64,000 nucleotides of DNA, taken from contig JACPOV010000008.1 in the NCBI GenBank assembly GCA_016191325.1, forward strand, positions 718,351 through 782,350, read 5' to 3'. The notes beneath the pieces were generated by a model that did no database searches, was not told where the DNA came from, and saw only the letters and a program-made list of their open reading frames with translations. Of the stretch, positions 63,120-64,000 are shown piece after piece; the stretch's first letter is position 1; each line of letters opens with the position of its first letter. Source of the DNA: Candidatus Babelota bacterium. GTDB taxonomy: Bacteria > Babelota > Babeliae > Babelales > JACPOV01. Both the position numbers and the translations under genes were made by a program.

Positions 63120-63975
63120 ATAGAAATTAATTTGACCCGCATCGCGTGGATCAAATTTTCCTGCTTTTAGCTCAACAACAATAAAACACGGTAACTTGAA
63201 GATAAAAAAGAAGATCAATATAATAATCTGTGTCGCCTACATATAAATGGACCTGCCTACCAACGAATGCAAATCCTTGCCCTAGTTCGAGGAGAAATTT
63301 TTGAATATGATCAATGAGCCCCCGTTCAATTTATTTTTCAAGATGTTCATCAGTATGTTCTAAGAAGTCAAAAAGATAGGGATCTTTGAGCGAGCGATGA
63401 GCCATGTCAGAATGAGGCTTTGACAATGTTTGGCTAAAATTGGTGATAGCCTTTCCTTCTCGTTGATATATTTTTGATTGAATTCTCATTTCTAATACAT
63501 TGCCTGACCAACCATTTTCAATGGCTTTTTGGGCATACCAAAATCGTTCAGCGTTATCTTTCAGCTTGGTTAACAGAATTACGTTATGCCACCATGGGAT
63601 ATTAAAAATAGGAAGGTCTTCTAATTGTCCAGAAGCCTTCTGGACTTTTTGATAAGCAAGACAAAATGCTTTCATATAAAAAAGATTTGCTCTTGAAAAG
63701 CCTCTCATTCCAGGGAATAAATTTTGAATATCTTTGGATAATTTTTCAATAGTACTTGATCCCCATCCATTTTTCTCTTGCTTCTCATTAATTATTTCGC
63801 CAATTTCCCAATAGAGCTCGATTAACTCTCTATTGGCAGACATAGTCGCTTTGACTTGAGCATTCTGAATTCTATTTTTTATATCTGCAAGTGTCTCAGC
63901 GTAATCTTTGATAGATATTTTTTTGGAAGGAACATTCTTTTTTTTATGATCTTGCTTTTTTACGACTCTTTTCAT
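63120..63975 (-). pseudogene. decayed DUF1016/YhcG-type PDDEXK nuclease gene (in-frame stop, frameshift, 3' truncation)
   Basis: The 214-aa ORF (63331..63975) is the N-terminal domain (NIPWWHNVILLTKLKDNAERFWYAQKAIENGWS). After TAA at 63331-63333 the same frame continues IERGLIDHIQKFLLELGQGFAFVGRQVHLYVGDTDYYIDLLFY. A +1 shift then gives FKLPCFIVVELKAGKFDPRDAGQINFY. The homology ends where the opposing gene stops at 63119. Confidence 0.75.
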
Positions 63976-64000
63976 ACCATGAACTCACGTTTATATTGTT

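Noticed and set aside
11592-63333. Idea that the three in-frame stops (TAG 11592, TAA 58580, TAA 63331) signal stop-codon reassignment or programmed recoding
   Set aside because: TAA and TAG terminate many conserved genes here at their expected lengths (gltX TAG, murG TAA, tmk, gpsA and others). The DUF1016 gene also has a frameshift and a truncation. Ordinary decay plus one start-codon anomaly is the simpler reading.
1-64000. Search by eye for tRNA, rRNA, tmRNA, SRP RNA, CRISPR arrays, IS elements or integrases
   Set aside because: No T-loop/acceptor-type sequences, rRNA motifs, regularly spaced direct repeats or transposase/recombinase ORFs were recognised. Covariance-model scans would be needed to exclude small RNAs.

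Overview
This is a gene-dense 64-kb chromosomal window from a low-GC diderm bacterium (GC looks like the high 30s % by eye; not computed). No rRNA, tRNA, CRISPR array, transposase or integrase was recognised.

Conserved housekeeping genes sit on both strands: potA-like ABC ATPase, bamA, gltX, rpsU, rbfA, pilD, a type IV pilin, a folC-like ligase, atpB, a cysteine-synthase-family enzyme, tmk, holB, rtcB with archease, a dciA-like gene, murG, a class A PBP, RNase P RNA, gpsA, uppS, a LOG-family protein and a HAD hydrolase.

Between them are many lineage-specific secreted or membrane-anchored proteins, several as tandem paralog pairs. A few genes are decayed. This pattern suggests a host-associated lifestyle, such as an amoeba symbiont or a Dependentiae/TM6-like organism. 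That is inference only.

Observations most worth follow-up:
1. An ATP-synthase membrane-sector module of an AtpR-like protein, subunit a, and one 316-aa gene encoding four fused c-subunit hairpins (E/Q/E/D at the ion site). No F1 or stalk genes follow it.
2. A plus-strand cluster of a membrane-anchored AAA+ ATPase translationally coupled to a 992-aa secreted protein. That protein ends in an EndoU-like RNase toxin domain and is followed by an overlapping putative immunity gene and two small membrane proteins.
3. A secreted Skp1-like (BTB/POZ) domain fused to a seven-blade WD40 propeller, with a possible F-box-like protein nearby.
4. A diverged direct repeat of the last ~19 codons of the cysteine-synthase-family gene, bracketing a single inserted HExxH peptidase gene.
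5. A prepilin peptidase gene with no canonical start codon. It opens immediately after, and in frame with, the rbfA TAG stop, and has a well-spaced Shine-Dalgarno in front of an ATC codon.
6. A ~190-bp nested palindromic element after gltX.
7. Two genes interrupted by in-frame TAA codons.
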